From an uncultured Candidatus Saccharibacteria bacterium (GTDB taxonomy: Bacteria > Patescibacteriota > Minisyncoccia > Phycocordibacterales > CAYZPE01), in the NCBI GenBank assembly GCA_964480575.1, contig CAYZPE010000004.1, positions 1 through 32,228 on the forward strand: a DNA stretch of 32,228 nt, given 5' to 3'. Made by a program: the position numbers and the translations under genes. Every line of letters starts with the position of its first letter. Positions within the stretch are counted from its first letter, which is position 1. A model generated the notes under the pieces. It ran no database searches, was not told where the DNA came from, and saw nothing but the letters and a program-made list of their open reading frames with translations. Positions 22,370 through 31,092 of the stretch are shown here, piece by piece.

Positions 22370-25363
22370 ATGGAAACTAGTGAATTTACAAAACTCTATC
22401 AAAAGTTAAATCCAGAGCAAAAAAGGGCGGTGGACGCTATTGAGGGCCCTGTCATGGTTGTTGCTGGTCCCGGCACAGGTAAGACTCAGATCCTCACACT
22501 TCGCATTGCAAACATTCTCCTCAAGACTGATACAGCTCCAGAAAATATTCTCGCTCTTACTTTTACAGAGTCTGGAGTTTCAAGTATGAGGAAGCGCTTG
22601 GCGGACATAATCGGCGCTCCAGCATACAGAGTTTTAATTAGTACCTTTCATGGATTTTCAAATGACATAATACAAAATAATCCGGAAGAGTTCCCGCATA
22701 TTATCGGATCTCGAAGTATTACCGAAGTCGAGCAGATTACACTCATTGAAGAAATACTTGAGAAAGAAAAATTAACTCTTTTAAAACCCGCAGGAGATCC
22801 TTTGTATTTCGTACGGGGAATTTTGGGTGGTATAAACGAACTGAAGCGAGAGGGAGTTTCTCTCGATGAATTTGACGCACTCCTCAAGAAAAGCGAGAAG
22901 GCATTCAAACAAGCTCCAGATTTGTATCACGAAAAAGGGGCACATAAAGGAAAAATGAAGGGTGAGTATAAAGATCGAGAAAAACAAATCGCAAAAAACA
23001 AAGAGCTTGCGGTCGTGTACGATGCTTACGAAAAACTTCTGCGTCTTAGCAAGCTTTACGACTACAACGACATGATTGTTTTAACTCTTCGTGCGCTTCG
23101 ATCAAATGAAGATTTACTTTTGCGACTACAAGAAAATTCACAATATATTCTGGTGGATGAGCATCAAGATACTAACAATGCTCAAAATAAGATTCTTCTG
23201 CTTTTGTCTTCACATTTCGCACCGCGACCAAACCTCTTTGTGGTGGGAGATGAAAAACAATCTATTTTCCGTTTCCAAGGAGCGAGTCTTGAGAATTTTC
23301 TTTACTTCAAGCATCTCTATCCTGAAGCAGAGCTTATTACACTTAAGGAAAATTATCGCTCAACGCAATCAATTCTTGATTCTGCAGGTAGTCTTATTCC
23401 CGGAGAGTTTGCGCTTCGAGCAAACAGTAAGCATGCACTAAAGCCGATTGAGCTTTACGCTTTAAAAAAACCTGCCTACGAGCATTATTTTGTTGCGCGG
23501 AGTATTCAAAAGCTGGTAGAAGACGGTGTTGATCCGCACGAAATTGCTGTGCTGTATCGGGATAATAAAGATGCTTTAGAGGTTGCAGGGAGTCTTAAAA
23601 AAAGCGGAATCCTTTTTCAAGTTGAGTCTGATCAAAATGTTTTCAATGAGTCGAGTATTCGAAAGCTTCTTATTATTGCCCGAGCAGTACAAAACTATGG
23701 TGATGACAGGGCTTTGTCTGAATACTTCCATTTGGATTTTTTCAACATCGAACCTTTGGATGTATTTAAAATTCTCCGCAGTGCATCTCAAAAAATAAAG
23801 TATTCACTTTTTGATATTATGTCAGATGAGAAGCTACTTAAAGACATTGAGCTTTCAAGTACTGAAGCACTTAAAGAAAGCTTCGAAAAGCTTTCGCATT
23901 TGGTTAAAAGAAATACAAATCAAAACCTCGAAGGCTTTTTCGAGGAAGCACTTCGTTTGTCTGGGCTCTTGGCTCAAATACTTCAAAGTCCTCGTGCGGA
24001 AGAAGAGCTCGATACTATTGATTCTTTTATGACTGAAGTGAGGGCATTCATTCGTAGCAAACCTGACGCAAGACTTTTTGATTTCTTTTCATATCTTAAA
24101 ACTCTTGAAACGCACAAGATTTTGATAAAAAAGAAAAAGGGTGGTGGGCGCCCTGGCTACGTGCGCCTTATGACAGCACATCGTTCGAAGGGTCTTGAGT
24201 TTGAATATGTATTTATTATTCATGCACACGATGGTAAGTGGGGAAATAAACATAGAGTCGAGCTTCTGAAGCTTCTTCCTGAGGTCTATTCGCTTTTTGA
24301 AAAGAAAACTGAGAGTGAACAAGATGGCAATGATGATGAGCGTCGGCTCATGTACGTTGCACTTACGCGTGCAAAAAAACATGTAACAGTAAGTTATTCA
24401 AGAGAAAGCGAAGAGGGTAAGGAGGGGCTTCTAAGCCAGTTCATTTCTGAAATAGATTCAAAACTTATTTCGGTTATGAATGCTGAATTATTTGAAAAGG
24501 AATTTGAAGAAAAACGAGGTGAATTTTACAAATATGTTGAAGTAAGAAAAGGTGAACCATTTAAAGATAAAGGATTTGTTCGCGAGCATTTTACAGTTCA
24601 AGGCCTATCGGTTTCTGCACTCAATAACTACCTTTCGTGTCCATGGAAATACTTCTATAGGAACCTTATACGTCTCCCCGAGCCCATAGAACCTCATTTA
24701 ATGTATGGAACAGCGGTACATGAGGCTTTGAACCAATTATTCAGAAAACTTCGTATAGAAGAGGGATTTACCAAAAAAGATTTTGTAACCCATTTTATTC
24801 AAAAATTAAGTACCGAACCATTCCAGAAAGACGATTTGAAACGTTATAAAGAGCGAGGTGAGGAGGTTTTGAGTGCTTGGTATGATGAATATTCTTCGCG
24901 CTGGATTACAAATACTCTGACTGAGTTTGCGATTCGTCATGTTCCACTTACTCCTGACATTATACTTACGGGTAAGCTCGACAAACTTGAGCTCTTAAGT
25001 GAAAGGGAAGTAAATGTAGTTGATTATAAAACTGGCAAACCAAAAACACGCAATCAGATTTTAGGAAAAACAAAAGATGCTGACGGAAGCATCTCTCGAC
25101 AACTTGTATTCTATAAAATCCTTCTCGATAAGTTTAAGGATGGGGAGTATGAAATGGTTTCAGGTGAGATTGATTTTATAGAGCCGACAGAAAGTGGAAA
25201 GTATGTAAAGGAAAAGTTTACGGTAACAAAAGATGATACTGATGATTTAATTGAAACAATCGAAAGGGTAGGTAATGAAATACTCACGCTCTCATTTTGG
25301 GATAAACACTGTGATGATAAGGACTGTGAGTACTGTAGATTGAGAGAGATGATTGGAAAATAA
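22370..25363 (+). CDS. UvrD/PcrA-type SF1 helicase fused to a C-terminal Cas4/AddB-type (Fe-S) PD-(D/E)XK nuclease
   Basis: Helicase motifs: AGPGTGKT, VDEHQDT, MTAHRSKGLEF, YVALTRAK. Nuclease motifs: SCPWKYF (Cys1), YGTAVHE, GKLDKL, VVDYKTGK, QLVFY (QxxxY), and the terminal HCDDKDCEYC (Cys2-4). Confidence 0.9.
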   Translation: METSEFTKLYQKLNPEQKRAVDAIEGPVMVVAGPGTGKTQILTLRIANILLKTDTAPENILALTFTESGVSSMRKRLADIIGAPAYRVLISTFHGFSNDIIQNNPEEFPHIIGSRSITEVEQITLIEEILEKEKLTLLKPAGDPLYFVRGILGGINELKREGVSLDEFDALLKKSEKAFKQAPDLYHEKGAHKGKMKGEYKDREKQIAKNKELAVVYDAYEKLLRLSKLYDYNDMIVLTLRALRSNEDLLLRLQENSQYILVDEHQDTNNAQNKILLLLSSHFAPRPNLFVVGDEKQSIFRFQGASLENFLYFKHLYPEAELITLKENYRSTQSILDSAGSLIPGEFALRANSKHALKPIELYALKKPAYEHYFVARSIQKLVEDGVDPHEIAVLYRDNKDALEVAGSLKKSGILFQVESDQNVFNESSIRKLLIIARAVQNYGDDRALSEYFHLDFFNIEPLDVFKILRSASQKIKYSLFDIMSDEKLLKDIELSSTEALKESFEKLSHLVKRNTNQNLEGFFEEALRLSGLLAQILQSPRAEEELDTIDSFMTEVRAFIRSKPDARLFDFFSYLKTLETHKILIKKKKGGGRPGYVRLMTAHRSKGLEFEYVFIIHAHDGKWGNKHRVELLKLLPEVYSLFEKKTESEQDGNDDERRLMYVALTRAKKHVTVSYSRESEEGKEGLLSQFISEIDSKLISVMNAELFEKEFEEKRGEFYKYVEVRKGEPFKDKGFVREHFTVQGLSVSALNNYLSCPWKYFYRNLIRLPEPIEPHLMYGTAVHEALNQLFRKLRIEEGFTKKDFVTHFIQKLSTEPFQKDDLKRYKERGEEVLSAWYDEYSSRWITNTLTEFAIRHVPLTPDIILTGKLDKLELLSEREVNVVDYKTGKPKTRNQILGKTKDADGSISRQLVFYKILLDKFKDGEYEMVSGEIDFIEPTESGKYVKEKFTVTKDDTDDLIETIERVGNEILTLSFWDKHCDDKDCEYCRLREMIGK

Positions 25364-25477
25364 GACTTAACAACAAGGTTGTTTTATATGTAATAAGTTC
25401 AATACCCTGGAATCATTTCAGTATCTCTTTGGGAGATGTTGCAAAGCTTTCATTAAGTCATGATTCATTTTCTCTGA

Positions 25478-25516
25478 CCCCACAAAAACCTCACAGTTTT
25501 CGTGGGGTTTTCTTTT
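25478..25516 (+). terminator. Intrinsic terminator after the helicase-nuclease gene
   Basis: CCCCACAAAAAC (25478-25489) pairs with GTTTTCGTGGGG (25496-25507), 11 bp with one mismatch, followed by TTTTCTTTT. Confidence 0.65.
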
Positions 25517-25536
25517 ATGGATATAGATTCATATTT

Positions 25537-25563
25537 AAAAAGTAAGGTCCGACCTTACTTTTT
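25537..25563 (-). terminator. Terminator of the DsbA-like gene (bidirectional form)
   Basis: AAAAA-GTAAGGTC / GACCTTAC-TTTTT, flanked by an A-run and a T-run. Confidence 0.6.
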
Positions 25564-25596
25564 AAATATCCAACACTTAGTGAATAGTACTTGAAC

Positions 25597-26382
25597 TTAT
25601 TTCTGCAAAGTCTGAATTATTTGCTCGAGGAGTTCAAATGGCATGTTGCCACTTACGATAATTTTTCGTTCATCAGGAGTGATGCCGAGAGTTCCTGGTG
25701 GAAGTCCAAGTTGGAGTGACGCACTCTCAAGAAGAGGTTTGATATCGCTTGGGGCTTTTTCCTTCAAGAGAATAATTGTGTGAGGTGTTCCACGCGCGCC
25801 TGCCTTTACTGCATCTTCAATATCTGCTGCAACCTTTGCTGCATGTCTTCCGCTTGAAAGACATGCGTTGAAAGCTTTTACATCAAGTCCTGCAAACTCT
25901 GCAATCTTTGGAAGTTCAGATGCCTCAAGTCCGTCATTTGTTGGAGTTATTGCATAAATGCGATCAGTATATTTCCAGAAAGCAGTATTCCCTCCGAGTT
26001 CTGCCGCACATTCAAGAGCTTCTGCTTCTTTAGGTGCTTTCTTGTGAAGTTGAACGATCGGGAAATTACGATAAACCCAAGCAACTCCACCATCTTTTCC
26101 ATAGGTATCTACAACCCTGTGCATTGTTTCGTGGAAACGTTTGCAGAATGGGCATTCAGTATCTGAGTATTCAAGGAAAATAATTGGAGCAGCACCGCTT
26201 CCAAGTATGTGATCGCTCTCACTTACTGGACGCATCGAAATATTTTCTGTGCTTAGAGCATTTTGCTCTGGCGCAACTGCTGTGTTATTTCCTTTATTTC
26301 CCGCGTAGATTGCGAAAGCAATCAGTGCTCCTGCAATTACGATCGCTATTGGCAACATGAGTTTATTGTTTGATTGTTCCAT
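25597..26382 (-). CDS. Membrane-anchored DsbA-family thiol:disulfide oxidoreductase
   Basis: It has an N-terminal TM helix (LMLPIAIVIAGALIAFAIYAG) and a thioredoxin-fold active site, YSDTECPFCKRFH (CxxC). Confidence 0.85.
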   Translation of the reverse strand: MEQSNNKLMLPIAIVIAGALIAFAIYAGNKGNNTAVAPEQNALSTENISMRPVSESDHILGSGAAPIIFLEYSDTECPFCKRFHETMHRVVDTYGKDGGVAWVYRNFPIVQLHKKAPKEAEALECAAELGGNTAFWKYTDRIYAITPTNDGLEASELPKIAEFAGLDVKAFNACLSSGRHAAKVAADIEDAVKAGARGTPHTIILLKEKAPSDIKPLLESASLQLGLPPGTLGITPDERKIIVSGNMPFELLEQIIQTLQK

Positions 26383-26456
26383 AATTATGTATTAGTACAG
26401 AAAGTATTATATGCTAAAACTATTAAAGTGCATATCTAGAGAAAAGATTGAGAATG

Positions 26457-26465
26457 TGGTAATTT
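26457..26465 (+). promoter_or_regulatory. Extended -10 TGgTAATTT, 7 nt upstream of the ZIP transporter ATG (leaderless-type)
   Basis: TG at 26457-26458 and TAATTT at 26460-26465, then gatatct and ATG at 26473. Confidence 0.45.
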
Positions 26466-26472
26466 GATATCT

Positions 26473-27231
26473 ATGATACTTGCATATTCTTTGGGGAGCG
26501 TCCTTGTTATCAGTCTTATTTCTCTCATAGGAGCCCTAGCTTTTCTCTTTTCCCAAAAATTACTTTCTCGTATTGTCTTTTTTCTTGTAAGTCTATCGGT
26601 TGGCGTACTTTTTGGCGATGTGTTTATTCATATTGTTCCGGAAGTATTTGAGAGTCTTTCCTCAAACATTGCCTCGATCTCAATTCTTGGCGGTATACTT
26701 TTATTTTTTATTCTGGAAAAATTTCTCCATTGGCATCACTCGCACGCTGAAGATGAGGATTGCGAAGATCATTCTGAGGTACATCATAAAACCTTGCGAT
26801 CAGTTATTCTCGTTGCAGATGGTCTTCATAATTTTCTGGACGGTATGATTATCACAGCTGCCTATATGATAAGTGTTGAAGTTGGTATTGCCACGACTAT
26901 AGCTGTGATTCTCCACGAGCTACCACAAGAGTTTGGAGATTTTGGTGTACTTATTCATTCAGGGTTGAGTCGTGCTCGAGCACTTTTTTTAAATTTTGTA
27001 TCTGCACTCATTGCTTTGTTAGGTGTTTTTGTTGCTTATCTTCTTAAGGATTCAATTGATAATTTTGCAAACATAATGCTCGCCGTCGCAGCTGGAGGGT
27101 TTGTGTATATTGCAGGGAGTGATCTTGTGCCTCTTCTCCATAAAACATCAAAACCTCGTCACTCAGTTATGCAGCTCTTAGCTATCATTCTCGGATTCGC
27201 TTTAATGTTTGGATTAGTTTTTCTCGAATAA
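26473..27231 (+). CDS. ZIP-family divalent metal transporter (ZupT-like)
   Basis: It is multi-TM, with a His/acidic loop HWHHSHAEDEDCEDHSEVHH and the ZIP signature HELPQEFGDFGVL. The start is at ATG 26473 rather than the track's TTG 26464. Confidence 0.9.
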   Translation: MILAYSLGSVLVISLISLIGALAFLFSQKLLSRIVFFLVSLSVGVLFGDVFIHIVPEVFESLSSNIASISILGGILLFFILEKFLHWHHSHAEDEDCEDHSEVHHKTLRSVILVADGLHNFLDGMIITAAYMISVEVGIATTIAVILHELPQEFGDFGVLIHSGLSRARALFLNFVSALIALLGVFVAYLLKDSIDNFANIMLAVAAGGFVYIAGSDLVPLLHKTSKPRHSVMQLLAIILGFALMFGLVFLE

Positions 27232-27232
27232 C

Positions 27233-28024
27233 ATGAGTGAATTTTTCAGTAGTTTACTATTGGGTATTGTTCAGGGCGCAACTGAATTTATTCCGGTTTC
27301 TTCGTCAGGACATCTTATTGTGGTGAGGGAAATATTCGGGATCCCACTTGAGGGAACTCTTCTTTTTGATGTGATTTTACATACTGCAACACTTGCCGCT
27401 GTCTGTGTTTACTTTAGAAAGGATGTCTATGCTCTTCTTGTGTCTCTGTATCGATGTATTACATTTCAGGCACTGCCCGCAGAAAAAAGATTTATAGGTT
27501 TTGTGGGACTTGCAACAGTTCCAGCTGTAGTGCTAGGTCTACTTTTTGGAGACTTTTTCGAGTCAGTATTCAGGAGTTCAAATTTTGTGGCGTTAGCTCT
27601 TATTCTTGGAAGTTTCCTTATGTGGTACGCAGAAAGAAGACCAAAAACCCCAAGTGATATTACATTTACAAAATCGGTTATTATTGGAGTTTTCCAGTCC
27701 CTCGCTCTTATTCCAGGATTCTCTCGTTCAGGCTCGACAATTTCAGGTGGAATGCTTGTGGGTCTTTCGCGTGATCAGGCTGTTCGATTTAGTTTCTTGC
27801 TTTCAGTGCCAATTATCTCTGGAGCTGCTTTAAAAGGTCTTCTCGATCTCTCAAACTCTATAAACACGATCGGTACATTTTCTCTTATCACAGGTCTTGT
27901 TGCGGCATTCTTTGTAGGTCTCGCATCAATACATTTTTTGGTAACATATTTGCGACAAAAAAGCCTCAGTCTCTTTGCGTGGTACCGAGTGGTTTTAGCA
28001 ATTTTAATTATTGCTTTTCTTTAA
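27233..28024 (+). CDS. uppP: Undecaprenyl-diphosphate phosphatase
   Basis: GIVQGATEFIPVSSSGHL and PGFSRSGSTI are BacA/UppP motifs. The start lies 1 nt after the ZIP stop codon. Confidence 0.95.
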   Translation: MSEFFSSLLLGIVQGATEFIPVSSSGHLIVVREIFGIPLEGTLLFDVILHTATLAAVCVYFRKDVYALLVSLYRCITFQALPAEKRFIGFVGLATVPAVVLGLLFGDFFESVFRSSNFVALALILGSFLMWYAERRPKTPSDITFTKSVIIGVFQSLALIPGFSRSGSTISGGMLVGLSRDQAVRFSFLLSVPIISGAALKGLLDLSNSINTIGTFSLITGLVAAFFVGLASIHFLVTYLRQKSLSLFAWYRVVLAILIIAFL

Positions 28025-28596
28025 AAAGGAAGTGAGAAGGTGAGGCCACTGTCTTCTGCTTTTTCCCAGTCTGATGTGTCGAGTTTAATATCAATAATCA
28101 TTGGACCCTCTTTAAATTTGAGAGCTTTATTTTTGAGTGCGTATTCGTAGAGCTCTTTGGTGAGTTTTACGTCGTCCAAGCAGTACTTTCTAATCTTTTC
28201 AATTTCTCCTTGTTTCCACCAAGTAATTGCTTGTAAACCATGGCCAGATTTTTTAAGTCCAAGAGTTCCTTCAGCAACTTGGTCGAGTCGCATACGCCTT
28301 CCGATTGAGTTTTTGATTTCTTTTAAAATATCAACATGTTTAAGACGGGAAAGATCGCCATGGTAGTACTTATTTAAAAGAGGGAGGTCGAAGTGTTCAG
28401 AGTTGTAGCCAATGATCATATCCGCAGCTTCAAGTATTGGCCACAGCTTTGGAAGCTCACCTTCAAGAAAAGATTCGTAGGTATTTGTTTTTGAATCATG
28501 GATACCGACAAGTGAAATATCGAGGGCTGTTGATTCAGTTGACCCCACTTCTTGAAATGTATTTTTTGTTTCAATGTCAAAAACAATCTTTCGCAT
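28021..28596 (-). CDS. DEDD-family 3'-5' exonuclease (RNase H-like fold, PolB-exo-like)
   Basis: Exo I is FDIET, Exo II is GYNSEHFDLPLL and Exo III is YCLDDVKLT. Confidence 0.7.
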   Translation of the reverse strand: MRKIVFDIETKNTFQEVGSTESTALDISLVGIHDSKTNTYESFLEGELPKLWPILEAADMIIGYNSEHFDLPLLNKYYHGDLSRLKHVDILKEIKNSIGRRMRLDQVAEGTLGLKKSGHGLQAITWWKQGEIEKIRKYCLDDVKLTKELYEYALKNKALKFKEGPMIIDIKLDTSDWEKAEDSGLTFSLPF

Positions 28597-28606
28597 GTCT
28601 AATTTT

Positions 28607-29923
28607 TTATGAGCGATTCTTCTCTAATAAAAATGTAGCGAGCTTGTCTTCCTGTACAGTTTCTTCTGTGCCAGTTCGGATATTTTTTACTTTATAAGTT
28701 TTGCTTGCAAGTTCCTCTTCTCCAATGAAGATAACAAAAGGAATATTAAGTTTCTCAGCTTTTTTAATCTGATCTCCGATTTTTTTTCCACTAAGATCAA
28801 CCACCACCTCAAGACCAACTTCACGCAAAATGTGTGCTTTTTTCATAGCTTCAGGAAGAGCAGTTTCAGAAGTTCGCGCAATGTACACATCTGCATTCTT
28901 TTCACCTTGAGGTAGGAGAATGTGTACATCGAGAAAATCTTTTATGGTTACGTCTCCTGCGCCAAACCCAAATGCGGCCACTTTTTTCCCTCCAAAAAGA
29001 GAAGTAAGGTCATCATAGCGACCTCCACCAAAAAGTGATCTCATATTGTCTGGGTGAGTATCAAAAATTTCAAAGACAATACCTGTGTAGTAATCAAAGC
29101 CTCGCATGAGAGTCTGATCGAAGATAACATTTTGAATTTCAAGCGCTTGAAGTGATTCGATAACCTCTAAAAGTTCGATAACTGCAGGATTATTTTCACC
29201 AATAGCATTTATTACTTCTTTATTTGAAGCGAGCACAGCCTTAAACTCAGGAGCCTTATCTTTCAGAATCATCTCGAGACCTTTATCAAAAACGTCAGAA
29301 CTGATCTTGTTTTTCTTGTCGATTACCTTTGAAAGTTTGTATGCGTCTTCGCCCGCTATTCCATATTTTTCATACAAAGCACTTACGATTTTTCGGCTAT
29401 TTATACGGATCACATACTCACTCGATTTTGCTCCGAGTTTTTTCATGAGACTGTCAGCAAGAGAGATTACTTCTATTTCTGCACCTGTATCTTCTATGCC
29501 AAAAATGTCGACGTTTAGTTGAAAGTGTTCACGTAAACGTCCTTTTTGCGGTTGTTCGTAGCGGAAAAGGTTCGGAATAGAATACCAGCGGAGAGGTAGA
29601 GGAGTTGATTTACTTATTCCCGCAATCATGCGGGCAACCGTAGGTGTCATTTCAGGACGAAGTGTAACCTTGCGTCCACCACGATCTGTAAAAGTATATG
29701 TTTGTTCGTTTACAATTTCTTCACCGCTTTTTGCTTCATATAGTTCACTTGGTTCGAGAATAGATGCGCCGTATTCTTCGTAGCCATATGACTCGGCAGT
29801 TTTTCGCATAATACCAAAAATATGCTTTTGAATACGCATATCTTCCGGGAAGAAATCTCGCACTCCCTTGTAGCTTTCTGTACTAATTGCTGCTTTTTCT
29901 CCCTCAGTTTGTTTTTTCGTCAT
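28607..29923 (-). CDS. hisS: Histidine--tRNA ligase
   Basis: GVRDFFPED, LRPEMT, YRYEQPQKGRLREHFQ and GGGRYDDL are HisRS class II motifs. Confidence 0.95.
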   Translation of the reverse strand: MTKKQTEGEKAAISTESYKGVRDFFPEDMRIQKHIFGIMRKTAESYGYEEYGASILEPSELYEAKSGEEIVNEQTYTFTDRGGRKVTLRPEMTPTVARMIAGISKSTPLPLRWYSIPNLFRYEQPQKGRLREHFQLNVDIFGIEDTGAEIEVISLADSLMKKLGAKSSEYVIRINSRKIVSALYEKYGIAGEDAYKLSKVIDKKNKISSDVFDKGLEMILKDKAPEFKAVLASNKEVINAIGENNPAVIELLEVIESLQALEIQNVIFDQTLMRGFDYYTGIVFEIFDTHPDNMRSLFGGGRYDDLTSLFGGKKVAAFGFGAGDVTIKDFLDVHILLPQGEKNADVYIARTSETALPEAMKKAHILREVGLEVVVDLSGKKIGDQIKKAEKLNIPFVIFIGEEELASKTYKVKNIRTGTEETVQEDKLATFLLEKNRS

Positions 29924-29932
29924 GATTATGAC

Positions 29933-29961
29933 ATTGTAGCGAAGTAAGGCATCTCAAACAA
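29933..29961 (-). promoter_or_regulatory. hisS promoter: TTGTTT, 17-nt spacer, TACAAT, 9 nt to the ATG
   Basis: The minus strand reads TTGTTT (29961-29956), a 17-nt spacer, TACAAT (29938-29933), gtcataatc, ATG (29923). No SD. Confidence 0.5.
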
Positions 29962-29976
29962 GGAAAAGCAGAGTAT

Positions 29977-30738
29977 ATGAACAATATCCTACTCCTATAT
30001 AAAGAATCCGGAGAGACGCCACTTCAGTGTCTGGAGCGCTTTAAACTAGCTTATCCAGAGTATCAAAGCATGCCTTTAACCTATGCAGGGAGGCTTGATC
30101 CTATGGCAGAAGGATTACTCTTGGTTTTGAGTGGAGAAGAGGTCTACAACAAGCAATCCTATCTCGATTTGCCTAAAACATATCAGTTTGATGTGTTGTG
30201 GGGTTTTGAAACCGATACGTATGACGCACTCGGACTTGTTCAAAGCACGAGTGATAAGCCTCCGACATCTCAAGAGATAGAAACAGTGCTTTCAAAGTAT
30301 GTTGGTAAACGTCAGCAAGTATATCCTCTTTATTCATCGAAAACAGTCGAAGGCAAACCTCTGTTTGTGTGGGCAAGAAGTGGTGATGCAGATTCGATAG
30401 AGATTCCTCGAAGAGAAATTGAAATTTTCAGTTTGATGCATGTAGGAAGTGGGGAAGTCGCAGGGTCTACGCTTGCCGATAAAATTCAGAGTTCACTTGA
30501 AAAAGTTAAGGGTGATTTCAGGCAAGAAGAAATAAAAGAGGGGTGGCAGAAAGTGACTGATAGAGGAAAAAAATATCACATATCATCTTTTGAAATGACC
30601 TGTTCAAGCGGTACATATGTTCGCTCTCTTGCACATGATCTTGGGGTGTATTTTGGTTCCGGTGCCATTGCGCTACATATAAAAAGACTCAAGATTGGGC
30701 CTTATTCTATAGCTGACTTGGATGTGGATAAGGGTTGA
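29977..30738 (+). CDS. truB: tRNA pseudouridine synthase, TruB family
   Basis: ILLLYKESGETP, YAGRLDPMAEGLLLVLSGE (catalytic Asp) and KTYQFDVLWGFETDTYDALG follow the TruB motif order. Confidence 0.75.
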   Translation: MNNILLLYKESGETPLQCLERFKLAYPEYQSMPLTYAGRLDPMAEGLLLVLSGEEVYNKQSYLDLPKTYQFDVLWGFETDTYDALGLVQSTSDKPPTSQEIETVLSKYVGKRQQVYPLYSSKTVEGKPLFVWARSGDADSIEIPRREIEIFSLMHVGSGEVAGSTLADKIQSSLEKVKGDFRQEEIKEGWQKVTDRGKKYHISSFEMTCSSGTYVRSLAHDLGVYFGSGAIALHIKRLKIGPYSIADLDVDKG

Positions 30739-30817
30739 CTTATTGGTTGAAGTGTCCTACTATTGACACTGGCGTATCTATAGTAATTGTTCCATTCTTT
30801 CTTTATAAGGGGATTGT

Positions 30818-31009
30818 ATGACCGCAGAACGTGAAGATCCATACGATACAGCTGCTCGATATATTATCGAACAGCATCCTGATGGCAGGTGCACAACTGA
30901 GGAAATGAAGATAGCACTTAGGCGTGAGGAGATAAGTAATATTCCGAGACATCGCGACGTTCTCGCGATTCATATCGCGAAACTTCTCAAATCAGTTTTG
31001 GTGCGATGA
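30818..31009 (+). CDS. Small hypothetical protein (63 aa)
   Basis: AAGGGGA (30807-30813) lies 4 nt upstream of the ATG, and a clean terminator follows. No domain was recognised. Confidence 0.5.
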   Translation: MTAEREDPYDTAARYIIEQHPDGRCTTEEMKIALRREEISNIPRHRDVLAIHIAKLLKSVLVR

Positions 31010-31026
31010 GTGCTGTTTTGATACAG

Positions 31027-31058
31027 ATCCCCACTTAACTCGGTGGGGATTTTTCTTT
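31027..31058 (+). terminator. Intrinsic terminator after the 63-aa ORF
   Basis: ATCCCCAC (31027-31034) pairs with GTGGGGAT (31043-31050), followed by TTTTCTTT. Confidence 0.7.
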
Positions 31059-31077
31059 ACAAAAAAATTGTTTTATT

Positions 31078-31086
31078 TGATATTAT
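31078..31086 (+). promoter_or_regulatory. Extended -10 TGaTATTAT, 6 nt upstream of ATG 31093 (leaderless-type)
   Basis: TG at 31078-31079 and TATTAT at 31081-31086, then tgattc and the ATG. Confidence 0.45.
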
Positions 31087-31092
31087 TGATTC

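Noticed and set aside
26383-26472. A possible Zur/Fur-type operator upstream of the ZIP transporter. TGCATAT recurs at 26430-26436 and 26481-26487.
   Set aside because: There is no convincing inverted repeat resembling known Fur or Zur boxes, only a 7-mer direct repeat that could arise by chance in AT-rich DNA.
28021-28024. Convergent uppP and exonuclease genes overlap through a shared TTAA (both stop codons), with no terminator between them.
   Set aside because: This is a real feature of the sequence. However, palindromic TTAA stop overlaps are a common result of genome compaction, so it is not reported as a finding.
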